25,166 bases of DNA from an uncultured archaeon (GTDB lineage Archaea > Asgardarchaeota > Thorarchaeia > Thorarchaeales > Thorarchaeaceae). The stretch spans positions 1 through 25,166 of the forward strand of contig CAZPWM010000041.1 in NCBI GenBank assembly GCA_964590575.1, written 5' to 3'. This document shows, one piece after another, positions 8,422 through 17,434 of this stretch. Positions within the stretch are counted from its first letter, which is position 1. Each line of letters opens with the position of its first letter. The notes under the pieces are model-generated. The model searched no databases and had not been told where the DNA came from. It saw nothing but the letters and a program-made list of their open reading frames with translations. A program made the translations under genes and the position numbers.

Positions 8422-9045
8422 ATGGACGAAGACAGTTCAAATTCAGAGGATATGGCTGAAGAACTAATCGATGCAATAGACGATGATGATGATTCAGATT
8501 ACGTTGATGATGGATTAACAAAGAAGGAGCGCCAGATTGAAGTGAGTAGAGAATCTGAGCGCCAAAGGAAAGCTCAGGAGCTGAAGAAGCAATTGAGAAA
8601 ACGTCAGCTTGGTATACTTTCCTATCGATGGTCTGCCATGGTATTAATTTTTGGCGGCATTCTAGCAATCACAACAAATTTTCTTGAAGTGATGGTTCGA
8701 GAACCTGGGGTTCCGCCCGAGGTTGGATTTGCTACGTTTATTGAGGCATTACTTCGAACTGGTGGAATTATCTACGTGTTCCCGATTATTGCAGGAGTAT
8801 TCATGATTATTCTGAGTTATTTTGCATATACAAACCCACGAGCCACTTGGTTAGCACTCATTCCAGCAGCTATGCTAGGAATGTCAGGGGGGACAGTGTA
8901 CTTCCTAATCTCATTCGCTGTGTCACCACCTTTAGGTGACCCTAATTTAGCAGGTTTGATCTATGCGACTAGCACTCCTTTGTCTATGATTATTGCCGGT
9001 ATCATTGCACTTCTTGCAATAGCATTGAAGGAGAAAGAGAACTAA
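8422..9045 (+). CDS. Hypothetical membrane protein: acidic N-terminus, charged coiled coil, 4 TM helices
   Basis: ATG at 8422 follows AGGAG (ORF track starts at 8401). D/E-rich head, then RESERQRKAQELKKQLRKRQ, then hydrophobic helices. Overlaps the convergent kinase stop by 4 nt. Confidence 0.75.
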   Translation: MDEDSSNSEDMAEELIDAIDDDDDSDYVDDGLTKKERQIEVSRESERQRKAQELKKQLRKRQLGILSYRWSAMVLIFGGILAITTNFLEVMVREPGVPPEVGFATFIEALLRTGGIIYVFPIIAGVFMIILSYFAYTNPRATWLALIPAAMLGMSGGTVYFLISFAVSPPLGDPNLAGLIYATSTPLSMIIAGIIALLAIALKEKEN

Positions 9046-9611
9046 TCAGAAAGGAACTCATCAATTCGTCCTTGTTCTTCAAGCAGAGCCATCCAGTCTA
9101 TGCGAGTTGGTGAAGATCCGTTCTTCATCAACGCTTGGATTTTCTCTACAGTCTGTGGTGGACTTAGCTCAGTGGTATCAATCTCGAATACTTTCTTCTC
9201 ACCAAATGCATCAAGTGCGTCCATCTGACACACTCCAATTACCTCTGCTTCAACATTCTCAGTCACTTTGTCATCTGAGTAGTTACGTTCAGACAATCGC
9301 TTCCTGAGTACTTCAGGATGTGTTCGGAGAATGAATACCCATTGGACAGAGGAGCTAGGTACAAGATCGATATAGTGACCCTCTATGACCAATCTTTTAC
9401 TCTTGTCCTCAGTTAGTTCGAAAAGTGCATCGACTAAACAATCCTCATTGATAATTCCAGTATTGCGGGCTTTGTCTTCAGCAGTAATGCACCCAGAGTC
9501 ATCAGCTAGCTGTCCAAGTGCAATCACTTCTACAGTCAGTTTACTACCGAGTATCTTTGCAACTTTTGTTTTGCCGGTTCCAGGAGAACCGCCCACAAGT
9601 ATTACAGACAT
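9042..9611 (-). CDS. Archaeal adenylate kinase AK6/Fap7/hCINAP family nucleotide kinase
   Basis: Walker A GSPGTGKT, VIEGH motif and LRKRLSERNYS..KVTENVEAE lid typical of Fap7/AK6. Confidence 0.88.
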   Translation of the reverse strand: MSVILVGGSPGTGKTKVAKILGSKLTVEVIALGQLADDSGCITAEDKARNTGIINEDCLVDALFELTEDKSKRLVIEGHYIDLVPSSSVQWVFILRTHPEVLRKRLSERNYSDDKVTENVEAEVIGVCQMDALDAFGEKKVFEIDTTELSPPQTVEKIQALMKNGSSPTRIDWMALLEEQGRIDEFLSD

Positions 9612-9711
9612 GCGTCTTTTTTACACGGTCTTCAAGATAAGCTTTGAGAAAGAAACACGAATGACACGTGCATAATTCATAAAAGACGTTTGAATTCCGT
9701 CTTACACAGCT

Positions 9712-10227
9712 ATGAATGAACCCTTCGCTATCCGTGAGTTTCAGCCGGATGATATCAAATATGTTGTGTCAATCAATCAGATGTGCTTACCAGAAAACTA
9801 TCCAGATCAGTTCTTCATGGGACTTTATTATCATGCACCCAAGGCATTCTTTGTCGCGGAATATGAGGGAGAAGTAGTCGGTTATATAATGTGCAGAATT
9901 GAGAGAGGCATCTCTGGTTTTGGTCGAATGCCTGTGAAAAAGGGGCATATAGTTTCAGTTGCGGTTCTTGAAACTTTAAGAAACAAGGGAATTGGAAAGG
10001 CACTCGTCAAAGCAGGAATGGGTGGTATGATTTCCTATGGAGCTAGTGAGTTTTTCCTTGAAGTAAGGAAGACAAATGAAGAAGCAATTGCAGTCTACGA
10101 AAAACTTGGATATTCTGTCCGTCGAGTATTGAGAGGTTACTATCGCGATGGTGAAGATGCGTATCTTATGCTTAAGAAAGAAAATGTAACCCAAGAGGAT
10201 GTAGAATCAGATGAGCAACCATATTGA
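9712..10227 (+). CDS. ard1: N-terminal acetyltransferase, archaeal Ard1/Naa10 (RimI-like GNAT)
   Basis: CLPENY, GYIMCRIE, GHIVSVAV, R.KGIG, LEVRKTN..AI..Y and YYRDGEDAY. Confidence 0.88.
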   Translation: MNEPFAIREFQPDDIKYVVSINQMCLPENYPDQFFMGLYYHAPKAFFVAEYEGEVVGYIMCRIERGISGFGRMPVKKGHIVSVAVLETLRNKGIGKALVKAGMGGMISYGASEFFLEVRKTNEEAIAVYEKLGYSVRRVLRGYYRDGEDAYLMLKKENVTQEDVESDEQPY

Positions 10228-11128
10228 GGTCCCACTGATTCCGGATTGTTCTGCGTGTATTGTTAATAGTCTAAAAACGCTCATCCCTTTACTCACCGAA
10301 GATGTAGACGAGAAGAACAGTTATTTTTCGTTCGCATTCAAACGTATTTCTGAGGGGTATAGAAAAAAACTCCCGCCCATTCTGCTGTCGATACAGCTCT
10401 ATCAAGAGCTTTCCACAATGGCAGGAGTCTATGACCCTTACTCAGAGATCAAGAGGCTTAGTCAGGAGTCAGCGTTCAAGGCACTTCCATCTATCGAGAA
10501 GAGAATTGATGTTCTTGAGGGATATGACAGGCTGAGAGCATGTCTCGCTGCTTCAATTGCAGGTAATCTTATTGACTATAATACTGCTGAACATAGACCC
10601 GACTTAGGAGCACTCGTTGAAGTCTTCGAATCAATCCTTACTGAGGGGTTTGCTCTTGATGACTCCAAACATCTCTACAGGTCGCTCAAGTCTCGACCAG
10701 GCAACCTACTCTACCTTGCTGATAATGCAGGAGAAGTGATACTTGATATTCCCATTCTTAGGTTCTTGAAAGAACTTGGTTGGAAAACTACCTTTGTGGT
10801 CAAGGGACGGGCAATGATTAACGATGCAACTGAGGAAGATGTCCGTGGAACCGAGATAGAAAAACTAGCTACAATTACAAATAGTGGTGCTTGGGCGCAT
10901 GGCGTTCCAATCGAATTGGTGAGCAAGGAATTCCTTCAGCTCATGGCTCAGAGTGATCTTATCATTTCGAAAGGTCAAGCAAACATTGAAACTGTCCCCG
11001 AAATACAACGGAAAATTGGTGTGGAAACCTACTATATAACGAAGGCGAAATGCTCTCACATCTCACAGGCAATCGGAGCCAGGAGAGGTGACAATGTTGT
11101 TCTCAGGCGACCTATAATAACAGCCTGA
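10211..11128 (+). CDS. DUF89/ARMT1-like damage-control phosphatase
   Basis: N-terminal CxxC, DPY..IK, IAGNLID, LADNAGE, NDAT and SKGQANIE. Overlaps the ard1 end by 17 nt. Confidence 0.88.
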   Translation: MSNHIEVPLIPDCSACIVNSLKTLIPLLTEDVDEKNSYFSFAFKRISEGYRKKLPPILLSIQLYQELSTMAGVYDPYSEIKRLSQESAFKALPSIEKRIDVLEGYDRLRACLAASIAGNLIDYNTAEHRPDLGALVEVFESILTEGFALDDSKHLYRSLKSRPGNLLYLADNAGEVILDIPILRFLKELGWKTTFVVKGRAMINDATEEDVRGTEIEKLATITNSGAWAHGVPIELVSKEFLQLMAQSDLIISKGQANIETVPEIQRKIGVETYYITKAKCSHISQAIGARRGDNVVLRRPIITA

Positions 11129-11144
11129 AAGCAACGTTTTTAAA
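11127..11144 (+). promoter_or_regulatory. Putative BRE/TATA promoter of the thermosome gene
   Basis: Purine-rich GAAAGCAACG followed by TTTTTAAA (11137-11144), about 100 nt upstream of the ATG. SD GGAGG at 11233-11237. Confidence 0.5.
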
Positions 11145-11181
11145 CTTAAATTCAACGAAGCGCATGTACAGTTTTCTTTAA

Positions 11182-11227
11182 CTGGTCGAAATCAGTTAGT
11201 ATTATGTCAACTGACTATTCGAACCAG
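11182..11227 (+). promoter_or_regulatory. Long imperfect hairpin in the predicted thermosome 5' UTR
   Basis: CTGGT/ACCAG, CGAA/TTCG and TCAGTT/AACTGA form nested complementary arms. Confidence 0.5.
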
Positions 11228-11246
11228 GAATTGGAGGAATTAATTT

Positions 11247-12884
11247 ATGAGTCAACAGGTACCGGTGATTGTTCTAAGAGAGGACACCGAGAGAACGCGT
11301 GGCCGCGATGCTCAGAGAAACAATATCATGGCCGCAATTGTGATTGCCGAAGCAGTCAAGTCAGCCCTGGGACCAAAGGGAATGGATAAGATGCTCGTTG
11401 ATAGTTTCGGTGATATTACAATCAGCAACGATGGAGCTACAATCCTGAAAGAGATGGATGTAGCGCATCCTGCTGCAAAAATGGTGATTGAGGTCGCTAA
11501 GACCGTGGATGCAGAAGTCGGAGATGGTACAACCACAGCCGCAATTCTGACGGGAGACCTGCTCAAGCAGGCTGAAACTCTACTCGACCAGAAGATCCAT
11601 CCAACCACAATTATCAGTGGTTACAGAAAAGCCACTCAGAAAGCTTTGGAGGTCATTGACGAGGTTGCAGAAACAGTGGACCCAGCAGCTAGTGACTACA
11701 AGAAGATTCTCATAGATGTTGCGAAAACTTCGATGTCAAGCAAGTTTGTGTCAACCCACAAAGACACCTTAGCTAAGCTTGTAGTAGATGCAGTTCTTTC
11801 AATTGCTAAGGATATTCCCAAGGGTGAATTATTAGATATCGACAATATTCCCCGTCAAAAGCAAGTGGGAATGAGAGTGGAACAGACTGAACTTGTAAAG
11901 GGTTTAGTTCTTGACAAAGAGGTTGTTCATGCGGGAATGCCAAAGAGAGTCGAAGGAGCCAAAATAGCGTTAATAGAGTCTGCTCTTGAAGTTAGTAAGA
12001 CCGAGTTCGATGCTAAAATCTCCATTTCAAAACCATCTGCTATGCAGAGCTTCTTGGATGAAGAGGAACGCATGCTGACGAGTATGGTCGATAAGATTGT
12101 TGAGGCAGGCGCAAATGTGGTAATTGCCCAGAAAGGTATTGATGATGTTGTACAACACCACCTCGCCAAGCATGGCATCATGGCAGTGCGGAGAATCAAG
12201 AAGTCTGATGTAGAGCGAGTGCACGAAACAACTGGTGCAACTATCGTATCCAAAATACAGAATCTAACTGCAGCAGACCTTGGTAAAGCAAAGCTCATTG
12301 AACAAAGGGATGTCGGAGATGACAAGATGTTATTCATTGAGGGTACACCAAAGTCAAGTGTTGTTACAATACTTGTTCGGGGTGGAACTGACCACATCGT
12401 TGATGAGGTCGACCGTGCTCTTAACGATGCGCTCTATGTTGTAAGAGATGTTGTAATGCATCCCCAGATAACCTATGGTGGCGGTGCACTAGCATCAGAA
12501 ATCTCTAAGCAACTGAGAGATTATGCTTCAACTCTTGAAGGTCGTGAGCAATATGCAGTGAATTCATTTGCTGACGCCATTGAGTCACTTCCAAAAACTC
12601 TTGCTGAGAATGCAGGACTTGACCCCATTGACGTGATTGTCAACCTGAGGAAAGCCCACACAGAGGGTAAAGTGCTTTATGGCATTGATTACACAAAAGG
12701 TAAAGTAGGTGACATGAAGGCAGCTCGTGTTGTCGAAGCGGCTATTGTCAATCGACAGATTGTTATGTCAGCAGCTGAGGCAGCTCAAATGATTCTCAAA
12801 ATCGATGATGTCATTAGCTCCAGAGGCGCGCCAGATATGGGTGGCGGTCCTGGTGGCGATGGTGACTTTGGCGACGACGAATAG
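11247..12884 (+). CDS. ths: Thermosome subunit (group II chaperonin)
   Basis: [41 protein letters not shown] and ILKIDDVI, with a Gly/acidic C-terminal tail. Confidence 0.97.
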   Translation: MSQQVPVIVLREDTERTRGRDAQRNNIMAAIVIAEAVKSALGPKGMDKMLVDSFGDITISNDGATILKEMDVAHPAAKMVIEVAKTVDAEVGDGTTTAAILTGDLLKQAETLLDQKIHPTTIISGYRKATQKALEVIDEVAETVDPAASDYKKILIDVAKTSMSSKFVSTHKDTLAKLVVDAVLSIAKDIPKGELLDIDNIPRQKQVGMRVEQTELVKGLVLDKEVVHAGMPKRVEGAKIALIESALEVSKTEFDAKISISKPSAMQSFLDEEERMLTSMVDKIVEAGANVVIAQKGIDDVVQHHLAKHGIMAVRRIKKSDVERVHETTGATIVSKIQNLTAADLGKAKLIEQRDVGDDKMLFIEGTPKSSVVTILVRGGTDHIVDEVDRALNDALYVVRDVVMHPQITYGGGALASEISKQLRDYASTLEGREQYAVNSFADAIESLPKTLAENAGLDPIDVIVNLRKAHTEGKVLYGIDYTKGKVGDMKAARVVEAAIVNRQIVMSAAEAAQMILKIDDVISSRGAPDMGGGPGGDGDFGDDE

Positions 12885-12920
12885 AAAGAGTCAAACGTAG
12901 AATGAAATCAGGTGTAGCTC

Positions 12921-13595
12921 ATGTCAGAAGGCTCCGAACCACCAAAAGATGTACAAGAAGAGGCTGAAGAAGAGTCTGCTATTGAAGAGATAGTGGCTCT
13001 TTTGACAAACATTCCAGGAGTAGGTCCAAAGACAGCAGAAAAACTGGGTGCTGCAGGTTTTGATACTCTGGAAAAGGTAGTGGAAGCAGACAAGGAGGAA
13101 CTCGCTGCCGCAGTAGCAGGGCTGAGTGTCGCTAAAGCTGAGGCCACAATTGCAGAAGCAGCTGATCTTCTAGAGAAGGTTAAGTCCGGAGCCATCGACC
13201 TGACTGGCAAAGGGAGATCTAAAAGGAAGAAAGCTCCTGAGCCAGAGCCTGATAAACACGAACTAGAGCCTATCGCAGCAATAGCCAGAGCTGAGGAACG
13301 CAAGAGACTTGTGACTGGCTATGATCAAGAAAAAGCAGCGATGGGGATTCCCATTGGTCCGAAGTGGCTAACAAGATTCGAAAAAGCTCGCATCATTGGC
13401 GCGAGAGCCCTTCAAATTTCCATGGGCGCGCCGGTTTTAATTGACATGAAGACAGCACCCAAGGGACGTTTCGGATTTGCAGAAGCTGAGCTTCGAGCTG
13501 GGGTTCTGCCTATGACAGTTCGAAGAACTCTCCCTACAGGTGAGTTTCACGACATTGCATTGTCAATACTTTTGAAGAACACGAGGTTGGACTAG
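12921..13595 (+). CDS. rpoK: DNA-directed RNA polymerase subunit K (Rpo6/RPB6) fused to an N-terminal helix-hairpin-helix domain
   Basis: C-terminal [25 protein letters not shown]...[17 protein letters not shown] is Rpo6. N-terminal [24 protein letters not shown]...GLS..KA is a tandem HhH. Confidence 0.92.
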   Translation: MSEGSEPPKDVQEEAEEESAIEEIVALLTNIPGVGPKTAEKLGAAGFDTLEKVVEADKEELAAAVAGLSVAKAEATIAEAADLLEKVKSGAIDLTGKGRSKRKKAPEPEPDKHELEPIAAIARAEERKRLVTGYDQEKAAMGIPIGPKWLTRFEKARIIGARALQISMGAPVLIDMKTAPKGRFGFAEAELRAGVLPMTVRRTLPTGEFHDIALSILLKNTRLD

Positions 13596-13693
13596 TTCTA
13601 TCCTCGCTTTTCATTTTATCCCAACTATCTATATGTGCAATCATACTACGCCTTAAAAGTAAATCATCATATCTCTACCATTCCTAGTGGTGA

Positions 13694-15019
13694 ATGAAAG
13701 TGCAAGAGTTATTACCCAGCGCAGATCTTATTGTCAAGACACTGCTAGGCTTTGTTGTTGGCGCACTGATTGGCTTAGAACGGCAGAAGAAAATGGAGTC
13801 CGAACGGGTTGTAGGTGTACGGTCTTTTGGTCTTCATAGTCTTCTTGGTACACTTGCTGCATACTCTTCCCAGATTATCGGTGATGAGTCCATTCTTATT
13901 TACGCGATTATAATTTCGTGCATTCTTGTTACATCACAGATCTACTACAAGATGTTTCGTACAATGGGTAAAGGATTGACTACACCACTGGTGTTTGCAA
14001 TTTCTTTTGTACTTGGCATCCTAGTTGGATTAGATACCCCATCTGAAGGGCAACTCGTTGGAATGCTTGGAGTCCTTGCGATGACTGTGTCATTTGGAGT
14101 GTTTGTAGTTCTTTGGTTCAAGGATGAGCTTGCTCATGCTGTTGAGGTCATCACGCGTGATGAGATGATTAGTGCTGTAGAATTGGGTGTCATCATTCTG
14201 TTTCTTTGGCCATTGATTCCAGAAACTATTATGCTGGGGACAATAGCGTACCCACTATTCACGATTTACTTCCTAATTGTAATCCTTCTGACAATTAGTT
14301 TTGCAAACTACTTGTTGGTGAAGAAGTTTAAAGACAAAGGAGTTTATTTCTTTGGATTCTTTGGTGGATTGGCAAATAGTGAAGCCACAGTAACTAGTGT
14401 GACTGATTTTTATGTCAACTCAGAACGAAAAGGTTCTGGAAAGATTGCATTATCTGTCATCTTCGCAAATGTGGCAATGGTTGTTCGAAACGGATTTCTT
14501 CTAATTATTCTAGATACGACATTCAGTCTAATTACATTGTTTCTGATACCTATCGTTGTGATTATAGTAATCAGTATGATTCGCAGCATTCTTGATGAAC
14601 GATCCGAACATCACGGAGAGGGACAAGAGTTTGATACTAAACTTGTTTCACCCTTTGAATTTGGAGCTGCGCTGCGGTTCGCAGCCATATTTGCCATAGT
14701 CTACTTAGTACAGTTAGTACTAACTGAAACGTTTAGTGACACAGGAGTGATTATAGCAGCAATAATAGGCGGATTTGTTTCAGCAGGCGCAGTAGTGGCA
14801 AGTGCCGCAACCTTGTTCGTAACGGGACAGCTGACCTTAGCGATTGCCATAGATGCAGTGATTCTCGCAACTACAATGTCAGTTCTAAACAAGATGTTCT
14901 ATGTCTACGTTGCTGACAGAGAAACCAAGTTGCTGAAAAATGTGATTCGGGATTCGGTCATCATTGGTGGAATATTTATCTTCTATTTGGTATACTTATC
15001 ACTCGGTTTCTTTGTGTAG
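13694..15019 (+). CDS. MgtC/SapB family membrane protein with DUF4010
   Basis: GALIGLERQ...GVRSF, GLTT, GFFGGLANSEAT, SPFEF and GGFVS motifs with many TM helices. Confidence 0.88.
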   Translation: MKVQELLPSADLIVKTLLGFVVGALIGLERQKKMESERVVGVRSFGLHSLLGTLAAYSSQIIGDESILIYAIIISCILVTSQIYYKMFRTMGKGLTTPLVFAISFVLGILVGLDTPSEGQLVGMLGVLAMTVSFGVFVVLWFKDELAHAVEVITRDEMISAVELGVIILFLWPLIPETIMLGTIAYPLFTIYFLIVILLTISFANYLLVKKFKDKGVYFFGFFGGLANSEATVTSVTDFYVNSERKGSGKIALSVIFANVAMVVRNGFLLIILDTTFSLITLFLIPIVVIIVISMIRSILDERSEHHGEGQEFDTKLVSPFEFGAALRFAAIFAIVYLVQLVLTETFSDTGVIIAAIIGGFVSAGAVVASAATLFVTGQLTLAIAIDAVILATTMSVLNKMFYVYVADRETKLLKNVIRDSVIIGGIFIFYLVYLSLGFFV

Positions 15020-15179
15020 ATGACCTCAAGTTTTCTACACAAGACTTAAAGTAGGATATGCCAGACTCGCTATTGGTGACAAATGTGATGTGTGGTGGAT
15101 TTGTTCATCTATATGAATACCCTTAGTGTAACCTCCGCCAACTCTGCCTGTTACCTGAATGAATTCTGGAGGAAGTTCA

Positions 15180-16493
15180 ATGAGTGAGATGCGAACAGTC
15201 AGGGGTATGAGAGACCTCATGGGTCCGGAGATGCAAATCAAGAATTACCTCATGGCTACTGCAGTTGAGGTTTTTGAGCTGTATGGATACGAGCCATTGG
15301 ACTCTCCTGTGATGGAGCTCTGGGAAACGTTATCAGCAAAGGGCGGAGAAGAGGTAGAAGCTGAAACATTCAAATTCACGGATAAAGGAGAACGAGAGGT
15401 TGGTTTAAGGTTTGATCTTACTGTACCTCTTGCGCGTATTGTTGCGACGAACCCAAACCTACCAAAGCCGTTCAAACGATACGCAGTCGGAAAAGCATGG
15501 AGGTATGATAGACCTCAAGCTGGTCGATATCGAGAGTTTGAACAAGCAGATGTTGATATCATTGGAACTACTAACCCAGCAGCTGATGCAGAAGTAGTAC
15601 TAGTTGCTCTTGAGTTCCTCAAGCGAGTTCTTGGTTCAGAGTATATGATTCGTATCAACAACCGCAAGGCCCTTCGCGGAATGACAGAGAAAGCGGGTGT
15701 TTCTGACGACCTGGCTTTCGAGTGCTTCCGAGCAATCGACAAACTCGATAAGATTGGCAAAGAAGGTGTTATGAAAGAGCTTGGTGAACGGGGCATCGGA
15801 AATAAACAGAGTAATTTCTTGATAGACGCGATAACTATCAAGGGTAGCGGGACAAAGACACTTGAGAAGTTCAAGGACCTCTTAGAAGGATCAAAGATTG
15901 GGTTCGAAGGTGTTGAGGAACTCAGTCTCATGGCAGAAATATTCGAGGAGAGCAGAGTGTCGGAGTTGATTGAATTCGACATGTCACTTGCCCGTGGTCT
16001 CGACTACTATACGGGGCCCGTTTTTGAAGGAAGATATCTCGGAGAACCAGCAGTAGGCTCTATTCTTGGAGGTGGTCGATATGATCGTCTCATCGAGAAG
16101 TTCGGAGGCCAGTCAACACCCGCTACAGGAATCTCACTGGGTATCGGACGGTTAATTGAGATTGTTCTAGCAAGAGGGGGTGGAAAGAATCTTGAAAAAC
16201 AGCTTGATGTTTTTGTAGCCCCAATCAAACGTCCTATGCTAAGGTTTGCTACTGCAATACAGACCGAGCTTGTTCAAGCTGGTCTGTCCTGTGAAGTGGA
16301 TTTGATGGACAGACCTCTGAAGAAACTGTTGCAACAGGCAGACTTGAAAAATGCGAAATTCACAATCATCGTTGGGGAACGTGATATTGTCAAAGGGGAG
16401 GTCAGCGTGCGAGATATGGAATCAAAAAAGACTGAGCAAGTCAAAACTGATCTTTTGTTGGAGTATTTCCTCAAAACACTTAGGAAACCCTAG
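15180..16493 (+). CDS. hisS: Histidine--tRNA ligase
   Basis: RGMRD, LRFDLTVPLAR, RYDRPQAGRYREFEQ, LARGLDYYTG, GGGRYD and the C-terminal anticodon domain. ATG at 15180 follows GGAGG (ORF track starts at 15159). Confidence 0.97.
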   Translation: MSEMRTVRGMRDLMGPEMQIKNYLMATAVEVFELYGYEPLDSPVMELWETLSAKGGEEVEAETFKFTDKGEREVGLRFDLTVPLARIVATNPNLPKPFKRYAVGKAWRYDRPQAGRYREFEQADVDIIGTTNPAADAEVVLVALEFLKRVLGSEYMIRINNRKALRGMTEKAGVSDDLAFECFRAIDKLDKIGKEGVMKELGERGIGNKQSNFLIDAITIKGSGTKTLEKFKDLLEGSKIGFEGVEELSLMAEIFEESRVSELIEFDMSLARGLDYYTGPVFEGRYLGEPAVGSILGGGRYDRLIEKFGGQSTPATGISLGIGRLIEIVLARGGGKNLEKQLDVFVAPIKRPMLRFATAIQTELVQAGLSCEVDLMDRPLKKLLQQADLKNAKFTIIVGERDIVKGEVSVRDMESKKTEQVKTDLLLEYFLKTLRKP

Positions 16494-16584
16494 CTCATAA
16501 CTTAGATGAGGTTTCTTCAGCATTCCAATTCGTGGAGACCAAAGGCTTTTCTCACAGGATTGCCATGATATCAAAGGGATTACA

Positions 16585-17424
16585 ATGGTGCGTATGCCAG
16601 TAGTTGCAGGACGGTTCTATGAAGGGAGGGATGACTTACTCCAAGAGCGTCTTAGGAGCTGCTTTTTAGGTTCCCTTGGGCCGGGTCGGCTTCCAGAAGG
16701 AGAACCAGGAACTTCAAGGACACTTAAGGCAGTCATTGCTCCCCATGCAGGTTACATGTACTCAGGTATGCCAGCGGCTCATACTTATCTCAAAATTTAC
16801 GAAGATGGAATACCAGACCACATCGTTCTGCTTGGACCAAATCACACTGGAATGGGTGCAAGACTCGCAGTTTGCAATGACGATTGGCAGACACCTCTCG
16901 GTATCGCGCAGTTCGATAAAATTCTTGGAGCTGCAATTGTTGAGGAAGATGAGTACGCTTCGAATGACTGTATCGCACACAGCAATGAGCATTCGCTCGA
17001 GGTGCAAGTGCCTTTCCTTCAATACACTTTCGGACCAGGTGTGAGTTTCGTGCCCATATGCGTTTCAGACCAGTCATATACAGTCTGTGAATCAATAGGG
17101 AAGACCTTAGCCAAGTTTGCAGATGAGATGGATATTCTAGTTATTGCAAGTTCGGATTTCACTCACTTTGAATCAGCTGAAAGTGCAAGGAAGAAAGATA
17201 ATCAGGCCATGGAGTATCTTGAGTTCTTAGATCCAGAAGGATTCCTTTCTTTTGTGCAGGGACATAGGATTAGTATATGTGGAGCAGGACCAATCGCTGC
17301 AGCAATGGTTTTTGCTAAGGAGAGAGGTGCAACTCAATTTAATGTTCTGAAGTACACAAACTCCGGAGATATTACAAAAGACAACTCTAGCGTTGTTGCA
17401 TATGTATCAGCCACTATGGTTTAG
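16585..17424 (+). CDS. MEMO1 family protein (AmmeMemoRadiSam system protein B)
   Basis: RMPVVAGRFY, APHAGYMYSG, LGPNHTG, WQTPLG, EHSLEVQVPFLQ, ASSDFTH, ICGAGP, YTNSGD and VVAY. Confidence 0.93.
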   Translation: MVRMPVVAGRFYEGRDDLLQERLRSCFLGSLGPGRLPEGEPGTSRTLKAVIAPHAGYMYSGMPAAHTYLKIYEDGIPDHIVLLGPNHTGMGARLAVCNDDWQTPLGIAQFDKILGAAIVEEDEYASNDCIAHSNEHSLEVQVPFLQYTFGPGVSFVPICVSDQSYTVCESIGKTLAKFADEMDILVIASSDFTHFESAESARKKDNQAMEYLEFLDPEGFLSFVQGHRISICGAGPIAAAMVFAKERGATQFNVLKYTNSGDITKDNSSVVAYVSATMV

Positions 17425-17434
17425 AAGGTGGAGG

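Noticed and set aside
6486-9045. Methyltransferase plus downstream membrane protein as a two-gene defence system
   Set aside because: Only adjacency supports it. There is no effector motif or island context, and the downstream gene has its own SD and abuts housekeeping genes.
9613-9688. 8-bp inverted repeat CGTCTTTT/AAAAGACG in the AK6-ard1 divergent gap
   Set aside because: Short and low-complexity with a 60-nt spacer; compatible with chance or overlapping promoter elements.
11204-11389. 61-aa ORF starting in the thermosome leader (possible uORF)
   Set aside because: Out-of-frame overlap with a highly conserved gene, no SD and no recognisable features.
11312-13303. Long antisense ORFs opposite the thermosome and rpoK (similar ones lie opposite hisS, the MFS and the GRE)
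   Set aside because: Typical shadow ORFs produced by the codon bias of real genes on the other strand.
15035-15241. Antisense 68-aa ORF, and a possible CCTCC/GGAGG anti-SD pairing upstream of hisS
   Set aside because: The ORF overlaps the hisS start with no motif. The pairing is only 5 bp over a long loop, and there is no His-rich leader peptide on the sense strand.
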